From assembly GCF_044324785.1 (NCBI RefSeq), contig NZ_CP172128.1: a DNA stretch of 64,000 bases. One strand, written 5' to 3'. The stretch is from Escherichia coli. Its GTDB lineage: Bacteria > Pseudomonadota > Gammaproteobacteria > Enterobacterales > Enterobacteriaceae. Shown here in pieces: positions 29,769 to 40,097 of this stretch (position 1 is its first letter; the number at the start of each line of letters is the position of its first letter). The position numbers were made by a program, and so were the translations under genes. The notes beneath the pieces are model-generated. The model was not told the DNA's origin, did not search any database, and worked only from the letters and a program-made list of their open reading frames with translations.

Positions 29769-31096
29769 GGATGACTTTCCTGTTGTATTCCGTAACGTTG
29801 CCGCATTTCGTTCTGTTTACGCATGACAGCTGCCTGGATCCTGTCAGACGCCTGACGCTCTGCTTCTTCCTGGGTGAGCGGGCGTCCGGAGGGCGGTGGC
29901 ACAGAAGGGGCAGTGCCGGAGGAGGGGGGACTGATATCGTTGCTCATGACCGGCTCAACAAACAGAATGGAGACAACCTCTCCGCGTGACACTGTCACCT
30001 GCCGGTAAGGTTCGCTCTCCGCCTGGCGGGTCAGCAACTGACTGCCCCGTTCGGCCATGCCGCCTGCAATGACGCCAGCCAGCGCCTCGCCATCAGGCAT
30101 TCCCACCCTGCCGGTAATGCTGCCGTAGTTTCCCTGAATGACCTGTGTGTTGGCGTCTTTGTAAAGACTCCCGACATTGCCCACCCCACCGAGCACAGAC
30201 GGCAGAACGATATGCTTAAACCAGCGGTGGTTCACGTCGCTGGCCACGGATGACATGCCGGTATGTTCATTCAGGGCATATGCATTGACTTTCAGAAACA
30301 TGCCCCGCCACATCATCCGGTCAAAGTGGATATCCATTCCCTTGCCGGCGAGTCTGGCGTCCTGGCTGTAGAGGACGGCCCCGGCCCATGGGCCGGCAGG
30401 TACGGAGGCCACCACGCGGGAGACAGCATTGTCAGAGTCCACTTCCGTATCAATGAAGGCAGGTACGCGGGTCAGTGCCGGTATCAGCTGTATCCCTGTA
30501 CGAGCTGCCGGAGTTGCCAGACTGGCCTCCTGCAGACGTGGTTGTGGTGATGTGCCGGTACCGGGTGGTGAGGCATGTGAGCTTATCCCGGGAGCACCAG
30601 TGGTACCCCACATTGCAGCCGCCACTACCGGGGGGCGGGCGTCAGGATGCTGTGTGTTGATGCGGGCAAGCAGTTTTTGTAACGCTTCCCGCTGTTTTTC
30701 CCGGGCTGTTTGATCTGCCTGAGGGGGCGTTGATGGTTGACCAGAACCCTCGGCCTGGTCAGCAGGCTGAGTATCCCTTCTTTGATTATTTCCGTGATCA
30801 GTATCCAGTCCCCTGGGCAGACTGGCGATGAACGTCTGGTTATTACGTAACGCTTCTGCGGCCCCGCGCTCATTGTCAGCACGCAGTAAATCCCGGTAGT
30901 GCTGTGACTCCACCACGGTCCTCCCGCTGCCTGTTGTCGTGCTGTTGATATTGACTGACGAGAGCGATGCGCTGTTTTCGGGGGAAAGCCAGGTGAGCAG
31001 CAGGTATCCGCCCCCGATGATAATCACGCCCCCGAGAACCAGCAGGGCTGACAGTTTTTTGCCGGACTTTGCGGCTGTGTCCTGTTCTGTGCTCAT
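29765..31096 (-). CDS. traO: TraO-like protein (DotG/IcmE-like)
   Basis: 443 aa, N-terminal TM helix, Pro/Gln-rich linker, conserved C-terminal domain. Confidence 0.55.
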   Translation of the reverse strand: MSTEQDTAAKSGKKLSALLVLGGVIIIGGGYLLLTWLSPENSASLSSVNINSTTTGSGRTVVESQHYRDLLRADNERGAAEALRNNQTFIASLPRGLDTDHGNNQRRDTQPADQAEGSGQPSTPPQADQTAREKQREALQKLLARINTQHPDARPPVVAAAMWGTTGAPGISSHASPPGTGTSPQPRLQEASLATPAARTGIQLIPALTRVPAFIDTEVDSDNAVSRVVASVPAGPWAGAVLYSQDARLAGKGMDIHFDRMMWRGMFLKVNAYALNEHTGMSSVASDVNHRWFKHIVLPSVLGGVGNVGSLYKDANTQVIQGNYGSITGRVGMPDGEALAGVIAGGMAERGSQLLTRQAESEPYRQVTVSRGEVVSILFVEPVMSNDISPPSSGTAPSVPPPSGRPLTQEEAERQASDRIQAAVMRKQNEMRQRYGIQQESHP

Positions 31097-31099
31097 GAT

Positions 31100-32074
31100 T
31101 TACTCCAGTTCTGGGGTGACGTGAATGGACTGACCATTCACGGAGAAGGTGAGTAAGGGAGTCACCGGCAGTTTCCACAGACGTGTACCGTCAGCAGATG
31201 CCAGCGTCTGTTCAAATTCATCCCGCAGCATGGCCCGCGATCGCACGAGCAGATCATCGCCGTGCTGCCAGATGGTGGTGTCCGGAACATTTCCGGAGAA
31301 TTTCAGCCGACGCACGGTGGGATCATCGGGAGGAACACCGTCCAGAAAGGCCTGCAGGGTGGCATCATGCAGGGCAATCTTCTCTGATGGTACGGCTACC
31401 ACAGGACTGGCAGGTCCCTGACGGGGAATGCGCAGATCCAGACGGCTGTCGATTTCCTGACTCAGGGTATTGGTGTCGGTTTCACCACTGGTGATATTCA
31501 GAATGACCGGTACAGACAGTCCTTTGAGGTAGACCGTTACATTCCCTGCAGCCCAGGCGCGCAGGGGAGTGACGGAGACCATATTGCCGTTGAACTGCAC
31601 ATCAAAGTGACCGGGTGCCGCGTTATAAGGCGGATCCGACTGAGGCCACGGGGAGCCGTTGATGTCCGTGAACGTTACCACGCTGACGTTATGCAGTGCG
31701 GTTCGGACAAGCGGCAGACTGGCCCCGGGTGACAGATTTACCGTGAGGGAGCTGATACGGGGCACCACACTGGTGACAGGTGCGCTGATGGCCCGTTCGT
31801 TATCGGCCATTCGTTCCCGCAGTTCCCGAATTTCACCTGCATTCAGGGGGGAATCCAGTGATGCGGCTTCCTGAACAAGAGGAGAGGCAGGTGGCGGCAG
31901 GGGGCCTGTGAGTTGTGTGGCTGGCGGGGGGCCGCCTGCGGGGGCGCTCCCGGGAGTCTGTCCTGTCTTTCCGCCAGCCTGTGGGGTTCGTGCGTTCTGC
32001 CAGCCCGGGTTATCTGCAGCCGTGACAGTGCCGCACACAATAAGCAGTGCGCCAAGAAGATGATGTATTTGCAT
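31100..32074 (-). CDS. traN: TraN-like secreted protein (DotH-like)
   Basis: Signal peptide from internal Met (MQIHHLLGALLIVCGTVTAA); ~324 aa. Confidence 0.5.
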   Translation of the reverse strand: MQIHHLLGALLIVCGTVTAADNPGWQNARTPQAGGKTGQTPGSAPAGGPPPATQLTGPLPPPASPLVQEAASLDSPLNAGEIRELRERMADNERAISAPVTSVVPRISSLTVNLSPGASLPLVRTALHNVSVVTFTDINGSPWPQSDPPYNAAPGHFDVQFNGNMVSVTPLRAWAAGNVTVYLKGLSVPVILNITSGETDTNTLSQEIDSRLDLRIPRQGPASPVVAVPSEKIALHDATLQAFLDGVPPDDPTVRRLKFSGNVPDTTIWQHGDDLLVRSRAMLRDEFEQTLASADGTRLWKLPVTPLLTFSVNGQSIHVTPELE

Positions 32075-32084
32075 GATATGAGTC

Positions 32085-32780
32085 TCAGGTTCCTGATGCG
32101 GCGTTACGGGAAACCATCTGGCTGATTTCCATGCCGCCGGGTTTGATTCGTGGGTCAACGCGCCGGACAGTGATTTCAAAGATGAAGGCCTGCTCGGGGC
32201 GGGTGCTGGTCTGACCGACCAGACGCATCCTGACCGGATACTGGAATTTCCAGAACCAGATGCCGTTTTCCATCTGGCCCTGATTCACCAGCGTGCCGGC
32301 CCCGATGGTGGCTGTGAGGTTAAATTTCTCCTTTTTAATGGTGTCCAGAATGTTGGAGGCCTGAAGAGCATTCACATAGCCGGCAAAACCGGCTTCGGAA
32401 AAGCGGGGGGCCAGTGTCGTGATTTGTTTCCTGTAGTGGACAAAATCCAGATTAAAAGCTTCGCTCAGCGTCATGCTGCCAAACGTCATGACGTCGCTCT
32501 GACTCCAGGCTGGCTGACTGGTGGGGGCCAGGCGGACCAGCCGGCCATTGTCGGTGGCAAAGTATTCACGCGTTACGTTGCTGTTATGCCAGTACTGTAT
32601 GATATTGCCGGTCAGACTGATGACGAGAGCTGCGCTGCTACACAGCAAGGCCCTGACCAGTCCGGGAACCAGTGCGGCCCGTTGTTCTGACTGTGCAATG
32701 GTTCTGAGCACGGGGTTATAAATATCTCCGCTGTTATCCGCTTCCGGTGAGACAGGGGAGGTGGGTTGTGCTTCGCTCAT
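32085..32780 (-). CDS. traM: TraM-like membrane protein
   Basis: 231 aa with one TM helix; positional. Confidence 0.5.
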   Translation of the reverse strand: MSEAQPTSPVSPEADNSGDIYNPVLRTIAQSEQRAALVPGLVRALLCSSAALVISLTGNIIQYWHNSNVTREYFATDNGRLVRLAPTSQPAWSQSDVMTFGSMTLSEAFNLDFVHYRKQITTLAPRFSEAGFAGYVNALQASNILDTIKKEKFNLTATIGAGTLVNQGQMENGIWFWKFQYPVRMRLVGQTSTRPEQAFIFEITVRRVDPRIKPGGMEISQMVSRNAASGT

Positions 32781-32791
32781 GGTGCTCCTGT

Positions 32792-33142
32792 TCAGAGGTT
32801 ATAGTCTTTCCAGGGGTCGATATTCCCCGGCAGATGTTCATTCACCCGATCCACGACGGCATCACAGACCTGGTTTTCCAGGTCGCGGAGGAGTTTGTCC
32901 AGGCTGGGGAACTGCGGAAGAGTGATGCTGACGTCCTTGATGCGGGACAGGCAGGACTGCAGGGAAGAGGCGACGTCATTCTCCCGCTGTGACCATGCCT
33001 GGCTGGCTGTGCGCGCCCGCTCCCAGGCGGCTCTGCTGCCGGCTTCGGCAGCGGCCCCCGCCCGGCAGGTGGCGGCACCTGCCACCGGTGATGCCAGGGT
33101 GATGCCGGTCAGTATGACCAGCAGCGTTTTTTTCATGTTCAT
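32792..33142 (-). CDS. traL: TraL-like small secreted protein
   Basis: Signal peptide from internal Met (MNMKKTLLVILTGITLASPVAGAA); ORF track start at 33313 overlaps the primase gene and is likely too far upstream. Confidence 0.45.
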   Translation of the reverse strand: MNMKKTLLVILTGITLASPVAGAATCRAGAAAEAGSRAAWERARTASQAWSQRENDVASSLQSCLSRIKDVSITLPQFPSLDKLLRDLENQVCDAVVDRVNEHLPGNIDPWKDYNL

Positions 33143-33158
33143 GGTCGTCCTTACCGGC

Positions 33159-36100
33159 TCATCGGCCGGGGCTGTGAGATTGTGCCTGTTGCAGAGTTTT
33201 TTCCTGCCTGTCCTCCGCCTTTTGGCTGTCAGACCATTCTTTCCAGGTCTGCTCAAAACCCAGAGAGCGGAAAAGCTTGTCCGGCTGCTCTTCCGGTTTG
33301 TGGATGGCGGCAAACAACGGGGAGTCCTGTTGCTTCAGGTGAAACTGCATCAACTGTGGGGCAGGACGCTTAGGGCCGTCCGCATCCCGGTTGATGGCCT
33401 CACCGTAACCGGCAAACTGAAGGCCCCTGTCGGTCATGGCGTTGATGACCAGCTGACGGCTGTCCGCTGTCGGGGTGGCCAGTGCCGGGTAAAGGGTGCC
33501 GTTCAGGCGGACCACGCCCTGCATGTATTCGTCGGCGCTTTGTAACAGCAGCAGATCCAGACGCTGGCTTTGTTTGTCGACGGAGAAGATGAGCGGCGTC
33601 AGTGTGGCGGGCGGTGTTCCGTTAAGTGGAACCCGCAGTGCCGGGTCTCGCGGTGCAGCGGCTGGCTGGCGGTCCTCCCCCAGATACAGGGTGTCGGGTA
33701 CTTTGTCGGGGAGACGTACATCCTGCATGAGCTGTGGCCATCCCTGCTGTAACAGGGTCATCATCTGGCGGAATGTGGCCGCCGGATATTCCCGGATGTA
33801 CTGGCCTTCATGCGGGTTATCATGCGATACGCTGATCCCGTTACAGACCGGTTTCATGGTCCAGATATTTCGCACCCATTCCGGTTTGCCCGGTGATGAA
33901 GGTGATCTCTCCCGGGCCTGCAATGTCAGTGTGACGGGGTCGCCTTTCTGGTGGTTTTTGACCAGTTCTTCCAGGTCTTTTCCCCAGTATTCCCGTTTGC
34001 CACTGCGGTTGGTGAGCTCCACAAAAAAGCAGCGCCCTTTTCCGGGCGCATACTCTTTTTCTCCGTAGTTTGTCAGGACGGCAGTCACACTTTCACCGGG
34101 GCTGAGCTTGCCGGGCGGCTCTTCCTCCGGTGTGTCGGGTTGCTGCGGCTGTGCACTGACAGGGGCTTTTTCTGGCGCTGACGACGGGGCGGCTGGTTGT
34201 TCCGGTCTGTCGGCCCGGGGGGCTTCAGCTTTTGCCGTGACCGGCGCTTCCGGATGCGGTGTTTCAGCCGTACTGCCTGCAGTTTGCTCTGTTTCTGCTT
34301 TCGGTGACACAGGGGAGGCCGGTTGTGCCATTGTTGTCTCTTCCGGTGACAGGCGGTTGAGTTCCGGCGTGGGTCTGTGGGTGACGATGGCATCATGCGC
34401 CATCCCTTTCTCCTGGCGGAGTTTTTCCAGCGCAGCCCTCTGGGTGGGGAGTTTCATGCGAACCTTGATGTCGTATTCGACAATCAGTTGCATGGCTTTT
34501 TGTTTAAAGGCATCACTGCCGGTCAGCTCGATAACGCCGCCATAGAAGTTGGTGGCCACAGCAAGGGCTGCCAGAACCTTTTTGTCATCAGCGCTGGCAC
34601 CATCCACCATTTCGAGACAATAGAGTCTGTCCAGGAAGGCTGGTTCGCCGTCAACACGGTAGAGCGCTGTCCTGTCGGGAAACTCTTCGTGCTCAAGATT
34701 TTTAATAATCTCGTCCAGGTTGTGCCGCTGCGGACTGTCGGGACGGCGGGGCGCAAAGATAATCGTGTCCGGTTCTGCTGACGATGTGTCTTCCGGGCTG
34801 TTTTCCGGTGGTGATGGTGGTGCGACCTCCTCTGTTGCTGTTTCAGCCTCCGTGGGCTTTTTCTCCTGAATAACGGAAGGTTCTGAGGTGCGTGATTTCC
34901 CACCGGTCAGAAAACGGCGCAGGCGGCTGAAAAGCGATGGTGTTTCAGGGCGGGCTGCTTCATTCTCTGTGCTGGTCTCAGTGGCAGACACAGGACGCTC
35001 TTCCTTCGGTTTATCTTCTGCTGTTGGTTCAGGGGTTGCCTGCTGTACGGGCTGAATTTCTGCTGGTTCAGAAGGTGAGGCTGTTTCTGCTGTGCCGGTG
35101 TTGTGAACAGCAACCGTGGCATCGGCATTGAGCTCCTCAGCGGGTGCGTTCCTGTTGTCATCGGTGATGTCAGAGGAGTTCTCTGCGCCGGTCTCAGCGG
35201 CAGACGCAACGCTCTTTTCCTGTGCTTTATCTTCTGCCGTCAGTTCAGTGGTCACCTGCTGAACTGGCCGCATCCCGGCCGGTTCAGAAACTGTGTTTGT
35301 CTCCGCGTTGTCGGTGTTGTGAACAGTGGGGGCCCCCGGAGTGTCAGCGTTGAGATCTTCCGCAAATGCGCTCCAGTCGTCAGCGGTGGCCATGGAGATC
35401 TGCACTTGTTCTTCAGACTGCGTTGTGGTGGAGTGCTGTATCCCGGCCGCGTCGGAGAGGGAGGTTTCCGGTGTGTCTTCACTCCGGGGATGTTCTTCTG
35501 CCTGCGTGCTCTGGTTGTCAGCGGTGGTGGCAGAGGCTTTTTCTTCACCGGTATCAGCGGTAGCCACAGAGGCATTTTCTTCCCTGGTATCGGCAGCGGA
35601 AACAACGTTCTGGTGTGGTTTATCTTCTGCGGTCGGTTCAGTGGTTGCCTGCTGCACGGACTGCATCCCGGCAGGTTCAGGAAGCGTTCCTGTTTCTGCT
35701 GTGTCGCTGTTGTGAGCGGTGTCTGTACCTGTGGCGTCTGTATTGAGGTCTTCCTGGTCGCCAGCGGTAGCCGCAGAGGTATTCTCTGTGCCGGTATCAG
35801 CGGCAGACGCAATATTCTCCAGTGGTTTATCCGGGGATAACGTCTCCGCAGTTACTGATTGCAGGGATGCATAGGCGGCATAGTCATCTTCATATGCCTG
35901 GTTTTCTGTATCGTCGGAGTGGGTGTCATAAGGCGTATCCTGTGTCGCCAGCTCCGTTTCCGGGGCTGTGCTCTGTCTGTTTTCAGGGGACATTTGTGGC
36001 TTCTCATCTTTTACCGGTGTGAATATCAGGTTGCCGATCACGACAGCCTCACGATTGTCGGCAGTGTCACTGTTGGGTGTGGGGATACCGATATGTTTTA

Positions 36101-37220
36101 ACTGTGCGTTCATGGCATTCTGAAAGTCGTCCCGTCCCCGGCTGGCGTCCAGGTCATTGAAATCGGTCAGTCCCTGTGCTTTTTCCGCCTCCGTAAAGGC
36201 CGGAATAATGACTTCGCCATTCGTGACTTCTGCGGCCTTTGTTGCACTAAAAACCCCTTTGTTAATTTCCCGTTGATGATCGTTGTCGGCACAGAAGACA
36301 AAGGGGCTGTCAGTCCAGATTTGGCGGGCATTTTCTGCCACGGCAATCATATTGCTGGCATCAACTGTCATCAGAACCGGAAGGCCGGTTGCTTCGTGCA
36401 GGGAGGCGGCAGTAGCGTAACCTTCCGCAAATAACAGGGGACGGCCATTTTCCGGGGTTCCGAAGGTGAACCAGTTGCCGGTTTTCTCGGAGTCTTTCAG
36501 AATGCGGGCATCCTTCCCGCCGGTGACCGGAATACGCTGGTACGAACGTATTTCTCCCCGGCCGTTGCTGAAGGGAATAACCAGCTCATTTTTATTATTC
36601 AACCGCACGCCAGGCGCGGCCCGGATGCCCTTGCGCGTCAGGTATTCATGTGCTGTTGCCTGTGGCAACCCGTTAATATAGGAGCGGGCATAGCCGGCCT
36701 GTTTGTTATACTGTTGCTGCAGTTTACGTGCGTTATCATCGCGCTGTTGCTGAGCGAATGCCCGCAGATGCAGTCTTGCCAGAGGATCGTGTTGTTCTCC
36801 GCCGGAAAATACCCAGTTTGTGGGACTGTCATCGGCGCTCCGGTAGTCGCGGTACCAGCCGGCGGGACGACCATCAAGATAGGCCCTGTATGCGCCACTT
36901 TTGGCCCCTTTTTTGTCATCCCGGGTGGCCACTCTGTGTATGGCTCCGTCCATCTGTGGCAATCCCTGAATAACCAGCCCGGCGTTTTCCAGGACCTGAG
37001 CAAATTCAGTGACCGGATCGCCGGCATCCATCGACAGTTCCTGTGGCCGGGGTAACCAGCGCTCCAGCAGTGAAAGTTCGGTACCCGCCCGGGCATACCA
37101 GAGCTTTTTTTCTGGATCCCATGCGACAGCTTTGCGGCCATTTAACGGGGGAACTGCATTTTTTACGGCTTCTGTCTCCTCAGGCGGGACAGCAAGCCAG
37201 GTTCGATATCTGGACTTCAT
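33159..37220 (-). CDS. sogL: Plasmid DNA primase, Sog/TraC-like (N-terminal Toprim primase domain), 1353 aa, with a central acidic tandem-repeat region
   Basis: N-terminal region contains the primase signature ...LLFAEGYATAASLHEATGLPVLMTVDASNMIAVAENARQIWTDSPFVFCADNDH...; a long acidic T/A/E/D-rich repetitive middle; conserved C-terminal domain. Confidence 0.7.
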   Translation of the reverse strand: MKSRYRTWLAVPPEETEAVKNAVPPLNGRKAVAWDPEKKLWYARAGTELSLLERWLPRPQELSMDAGDPVTEFAQVLENAGLVIQGLPQMDGAIHRVATRDDKKGAKSGAYRAYLDGRPAGWYRDYRSADDSPTNWVFSGGEQHDPLARLHLRAFAQQQRDDNARKLQQQYNKQAGYARSYINGLPQATAHEYLTRKGIRAAPGVRLNNKNELVIPFSNGRGEIRSYQRIPVTGGKDARILKDSEKTGNWFTFGTPENGRPLLFAEGYATAASLHEATGLPVLMTVDASNMIAVAENARQIWTDSPFVFCADNDHQREINKGVFSATKAAEVTNGEVIIPAFTEAEKAQGLTDFNDLDASRGRDDFQNAMNAQLKHIGIPTPNSDTADNREAVVIGNLIFTPVKDEKPQMSPENRQSTAPETELATQDTPYDTHSDDTENQAYEDDYAAYASLQSVTAETLSPDKPLENIASAADTGTENTSAATAGDQEDLNTDATGTDTAHNSDTAETGTLPEPAGMQSVQQATTEPTAEDKPHQNVVSAADTREENASVATADTGEEKASATTADNQSTQAEEHPRSEDTPETSLSDAAGIQHSTTTQSEEQVQISMATADDWSAFAEDLNADTPGAPTVHNTDNAETNTVSEPAGMRPVQQVTTELTAEDKAQEKSVASAAETGAENSSDITDDNRNAPAEELNADATVAVHNTGTAETASPSEPAEIQPVQQATPEPTAEDKPKEERPVSATETSTENEAARPETPSLFSRLRRFLTGGKSRTSEPSVIQEKKPTEAETATEEVAPPSPPENSPEDTSSAEPDTIIFAPRRPDSPQRHNLDEIIKNLEHEEFPDRTALYRVDGEPAFLDRLYCLEMVDGASADDKKVLAALAVATNFYGGVIELTGSDAFKQKAMQLIVEYDIKVRMKLPTQRAALEKLRQEKGMAHDAIVTHRPTPELNRLSPEETTMAQPASPVSPKAETEQTAGSTAETPHPEAPVTAKAEAPRADRPEQPAAPSSAPEKAPVSAQPQQPDTPEEEPPGKLSPGESVTAVLTNYGEKEYAPGKGRCFFVELTNRSGKREYWGKDLEELVKNHQKGDPVTLTLQARERSPSSPGKPEWVRNIWTMKPVCNGISVSHDNPHEGQYIREYPAATFRQMMTLLQQGWPQLMQDVRLPDKVPDTLYLGEDRQPAAAPRDPALRVPLNGTPPATLTPLIFSVDKQSQRLDLLLLQSADEYMQGVVRLNGTLYPALATPTADSRQLVINAMTDRGLQFAGYGEAINRDADGPKRPAPQLMQFHLKQQDSPLFAAIHKPEEQPDKLFRSLGFEQTWKEWSDSQKAEDRQEKTLQQAQSHSPGR
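34850..35930. repeat. Intragenic imperfect tandem repeats (~225-390 bp units) inside the primase gene
   Basis: Three related DNA blocks near 35010, 35225 and 35615 (e.g. ctttatcttctgc.gt..gttcag.ggt..cctgctg.ac.g.c...), encoding repeated PEPAGMQSVQQATTEPTAEDKP-like peptide units. Confidence 0.6.
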
Positions 37221-37283
37221 GTCGTTCTCCGGGGATTAAAGATGAGGGCGTTGTGATACGCCGGGATGATGGACAAAAGAGGG

Positions 37284-37574
37284 CTATTCTGGTCCGTGCC
37301 ATTCACGGGGTAATTCTGTGCGGTGTCGGTACCACCAGGGACGTCCTGATGCCTGCTTACCCTGAAGCAGGCTGTACAGACGTATACAGAGGGTGCGGAC
37401 TGTCCAGCCGGAATATCCCAGGAGCACAAAAAACAGCAGAATGCCGCTGCACACCCAGAATGTCGTTTTTGACGGATACGGAAACAGCAGCAGGTAAATC
37501 ATGGTAAACGGCAACGGGACACCATAAATATTCAGTGGCGGAGTGACATCCCGCCAGAAGCCTTCGCGTTTCAT
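37284..37574 (-). CDS. traK: TraK-like small membrane protein (IcmT-like)
   Basis: 96 aa, two TM helices; 4-bp overlap with traJ. Confidence 0.5.
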   Translation of the reverse strand: MKREGFWRDVTPPLNIYGVPLPFTMIYLLLFPYPSKTTFWVCSGILLFFVLLGYSGWTVRTLCIRLYSLLQGKQASGRPWWYRHRTELPREWHGPE

Positions 37575-38719
37575 TTGGGGAATTCTCCGGCCGGGATGAA
37601 GAGCGCAGCTTCTGATGCCTCAATGCTGCCCGTCTGATACATGGTCAGAACCTGATCCCGTATCCGCCGTTTTTCCTTGCGAATGATTTCATCAATGTAA
37701 TGCCCCCATGTCGCATGGGACTGCCGGGAGAGCGTATCACGCAGTTCGTCAGTTATGACGATGTATTCCCGGACGGCCTGTCTGCCACCGTCATTTGTTC
37801 TGACCAGGACCTGCACCAGAATGAACTGCACCAGGGAAAGGGTGGCGGCTGCCATTGAATCCCTGATTTCCGGTGGAAATAACCCCAGCAGCCGGGCAAA
37901 GGTTTCACCGGGTGATTTGGTGTGCATGGTGCCGATGCAGAAGTGACCGGTGTTACCTGCCTGGACGGCTGCATCTGCCGTTTCATAATCCCTGATTTCA
38001 CCGATACCGATGATGTCCGGGTTACGGCGAACGGCAGAGCGAAGTCCTGCCGCAAAACTTTCCACATCACGCCCGATTTCGGCCTGATGGGGTGGCAGAA
38101 GGTCATTCTCTCCCCCCAGAATGTATTCCACCGGATCTTCATAGGTCACCGTTTTGCGGTCAGGGAAATGCGTCTGAATGTAGCGGTACAGTGCCGCTGC
38201 CAGTGTGGATTTACCGGAGCCGGTCTCTCCGCAGATGAAACCCAGACCGGTTTTCCGGAGCATGGCATCCAGCAGGTCCGGTTCAATATTCATGGTGAGG
38301 ATGTCCGGAATATCGGACGGGATCACCCGCATGGTGACGGAGATTACTTTTTCTTCTGTTGCTGATGTTCCCTGAATCAGGTGACAGCGCAGGCGAACAC
38401 GCTGCCCCCGTTGCAGACCGTAGCGACCGGAGGCATCACCGCTGACCTGAATGGTACGGTCCACGGGATGACCTGACAGAACCCGGGGAAGGACTTCCCG
38501 TCCAAACAATTCATCACTCAGCGCCATCATGATGGAGGACGGCAGAGGATGTGCGGACGAACGTACCCGCCGTCCAAAGCGACTGACAGATACCGGTGAG
38601 CCGCCTGTCAGATCGATATCACTGACGCGGTGTCGGGCACACCAGGCAAAAAAATAGCGAAACTCTTCGGCCGTGAAACGGGCGAAAGGGAATGTGCCGA
38701 ACTCATCGGGTAATTTCAT
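37571..38719 (-). CDS. traJ: TraJ-like secretion ATPase (DotB / PilT-VirB11 superfamily)
   Basis: 382 aa; Walker A GETGSGKST and Asp/His boxes of the PilT family. Confidence 0.85.
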   Translation of the reverse strand: MKLPDEFGTFPFARFTAEEFRYFFAWCARHRVSDIDLTGGSPVSVSRFGRRVRSSAHPLPSSIMMALSDELFGREVLPRVLSGHPVDRTIQVSGDASGRYGLQRGQRVRLRCHLIQGTSATEEKVISVTMRVIPSDIPDILTMNIEPDLLDAMLRKTGLGFICGETGSGKSTLAAALYRYIQTHFPDRKTVTYEDPVEYILGGENDLLPPHQAEIGRDVESFAAGLRSAVRRNPDIIGIGEIRDYETADAAVQAGNTGHFCIGTMHTKSPGETFARLLGLFPPEIRDSMAAATLSLVQFILVQVLVRTNDGGRQAVREYIVITDELRDTLSRQSHATWGHYIDEIIRKEKRRIRDQVLTMYQTGSIEASEAALFIPAGEFPK

Positions 38720-39539
38720 CGGGGGCTCCTTCCGTGCTGACGACCGGACGCCAGCGTGATTTCTGCAGGGTGAATTCCGCGTGTGTCTTCAGACGGCGGA
38801 CGTGGTCTCCGGTGATGAGTTTCCTGCCGTTACCGGTGACGGTCTGCCGCTGTTCAGTCACATCCGGGCGTGTGATCATGCCCTGACGCCAGAGCAGGGC
38901 ATAAAGCATCATTCCCCGGTAATCCCGGGTCAGGCGTTTCTGGTTGGCTTCCAGGGTGAGGTCAGCGTTGTCACGGCCTTCCTGCCAGCCCTGGCGGAGT
39001 GCGTTTTCCCAGAGTCTGCGCTGTGCGCGGTCTTCCGGTACAACACGGCCCTCAGTTCCCGGGGTGGCGGTAGTGGAAAGCCCCCGCAGAAGCCAGTCAC
39101 GCCAGCCCGGCGGGTTACTGACAAAACGTTCGGGGCGCAGGATGGTCCAGACACGGGACGCGGTTCTTATCTGGTCAGGCTGAATGTGAGCAACATCCTG
39201 CGCTTCATCAATAACAGGGGGCAGCCAGCCTTCCCTGCTGATAAGGGGACGGAAGTCATACAGGGCATTCAGTGTACTTTCCCGGGCATTCAGTGCCTGA
39301 ATCAGTTCCCATGAGCGCTGTGCTTTTCCGCCACGGAATCCCAGCGTTCGTCCGGCGTCCGTGAGCATCTGGCGACGGGTGTCTGAAATGCCGTCATCCT
39401 GGTTGTCAGTGGGCGTCAGCCATGCCCGGAGATCCGGCGGTGGTAAATTGCCTGCCATACCGGCAGGGGGGCGATGGTGCTGTCCGGCACAGCCTGCCAG
39501 CAGGAGCCCGGACAGCAGGAGACAGACCTGTTTTTTCAT
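38703..39539 (-). CDS. traI: TraI-like lipoprotein (DotC-like)
   Basis: Lipoprotein signal MKKQVCLLLSGLLLAGCAG; 278 aa. Confidence 0.6.
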   Translation of the reverse strand: MKKQVCLLLSGLLLAGCAGQHHRPPAGMAGNLPPPDLRAWLTPTDNQDDGISDTRRQMLTDAGRTLGFRGGKAQRSWELIQALNARESTLNALYDFRPLISREGWLPPVIDEAQDVAHIQPDQIRTASRVWTILRPERFVSNPPGWRDWLLRGLSTTATPGTEGRVVPEDRAQRRLWENALRQGWQEGRDNADLTLEANQKRLTRDYRGMMLYALLWRQGMITRPDVTEQRQTVTGNGRKLITGDHVRRLKTHAEFTLQKSRWRPVVSTEGAPDEITR

Positions 39540-39994
39540 TTTTTCTCCGTTGGCATATAGGAAAGATGTAAACGCCCGGCTGACTGTGAGAGGACTGCCC
39601 GCCAGGCAGTCTGGGCCTCTGTGAGACGAAGGGCATCAGCGAAGGTCATATCGCGTACATGGAGTGAGACGGGCAGGGGAAGACGCACGCCGCTGTAACT
39701 GAACTGTTGTCCGCGCAGACGGGCCAGCTCGCTCAGGAGCTCCAGAGCATCGCCTTCCCAGTCAAAGGAAACCCGCCCGCTGTGAGCCTGCAGGCTGCCT
39801 CCGGGCTGGCGGGAAGGCAGGGCTGCAGAATACGTGCCCTGCTCCCACAACTGATACTGTGCATGTCGTGTGACAGCGACTTCAGAAGCTGCACCGTACT
39901 GCCTGGCCGGTGCGGTATTATCCGGGGGAAGATGACAGCCGCTCAGACAGAGAATGGCAACTCCCCCTGCAAGGGTGATACGTTTTTTTTGCAT
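39536..39994 (-). CDS. traH: TraH-like lipoprotein (DotD-like)
   Basis: Lipoprotein signal ...AILCLSGCH; 152 aa. Confidence 0.6.
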   Translation of the reverse strand: MQKKRITLAGGVAILCLSGCHLPPDNTAPARQYGAASEVAVTRHAQYQLWEQGTYSAALPSRQPGGSLQAHSGRVSFDWEGDALELLSELARLRGQQFSYSGVRLPLPVSLHVRDMTFADALRLTEAQTAWRAVLSQSAGRLHLSYMPTEKK

Positions 39995-40097
39995 GGTTTT
40001 ATCCGGAAAATAATGAACAGGACTGGCGGTGAGTGGCCAGAAGAGCGGAAACGAGCAGATTCAGGTCAGAAGCCCCGGGCGTCCCGGGGCGTGATAA

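Noticed and set aside
34108..36101. Many overlapping ORFs on both strands inside the primase repeat region (e.g. 35103..35840, 35252..35812)
   Set aside because: Artefacts of repetitive, codon-biased sequence within the 1353-aa primase gene.
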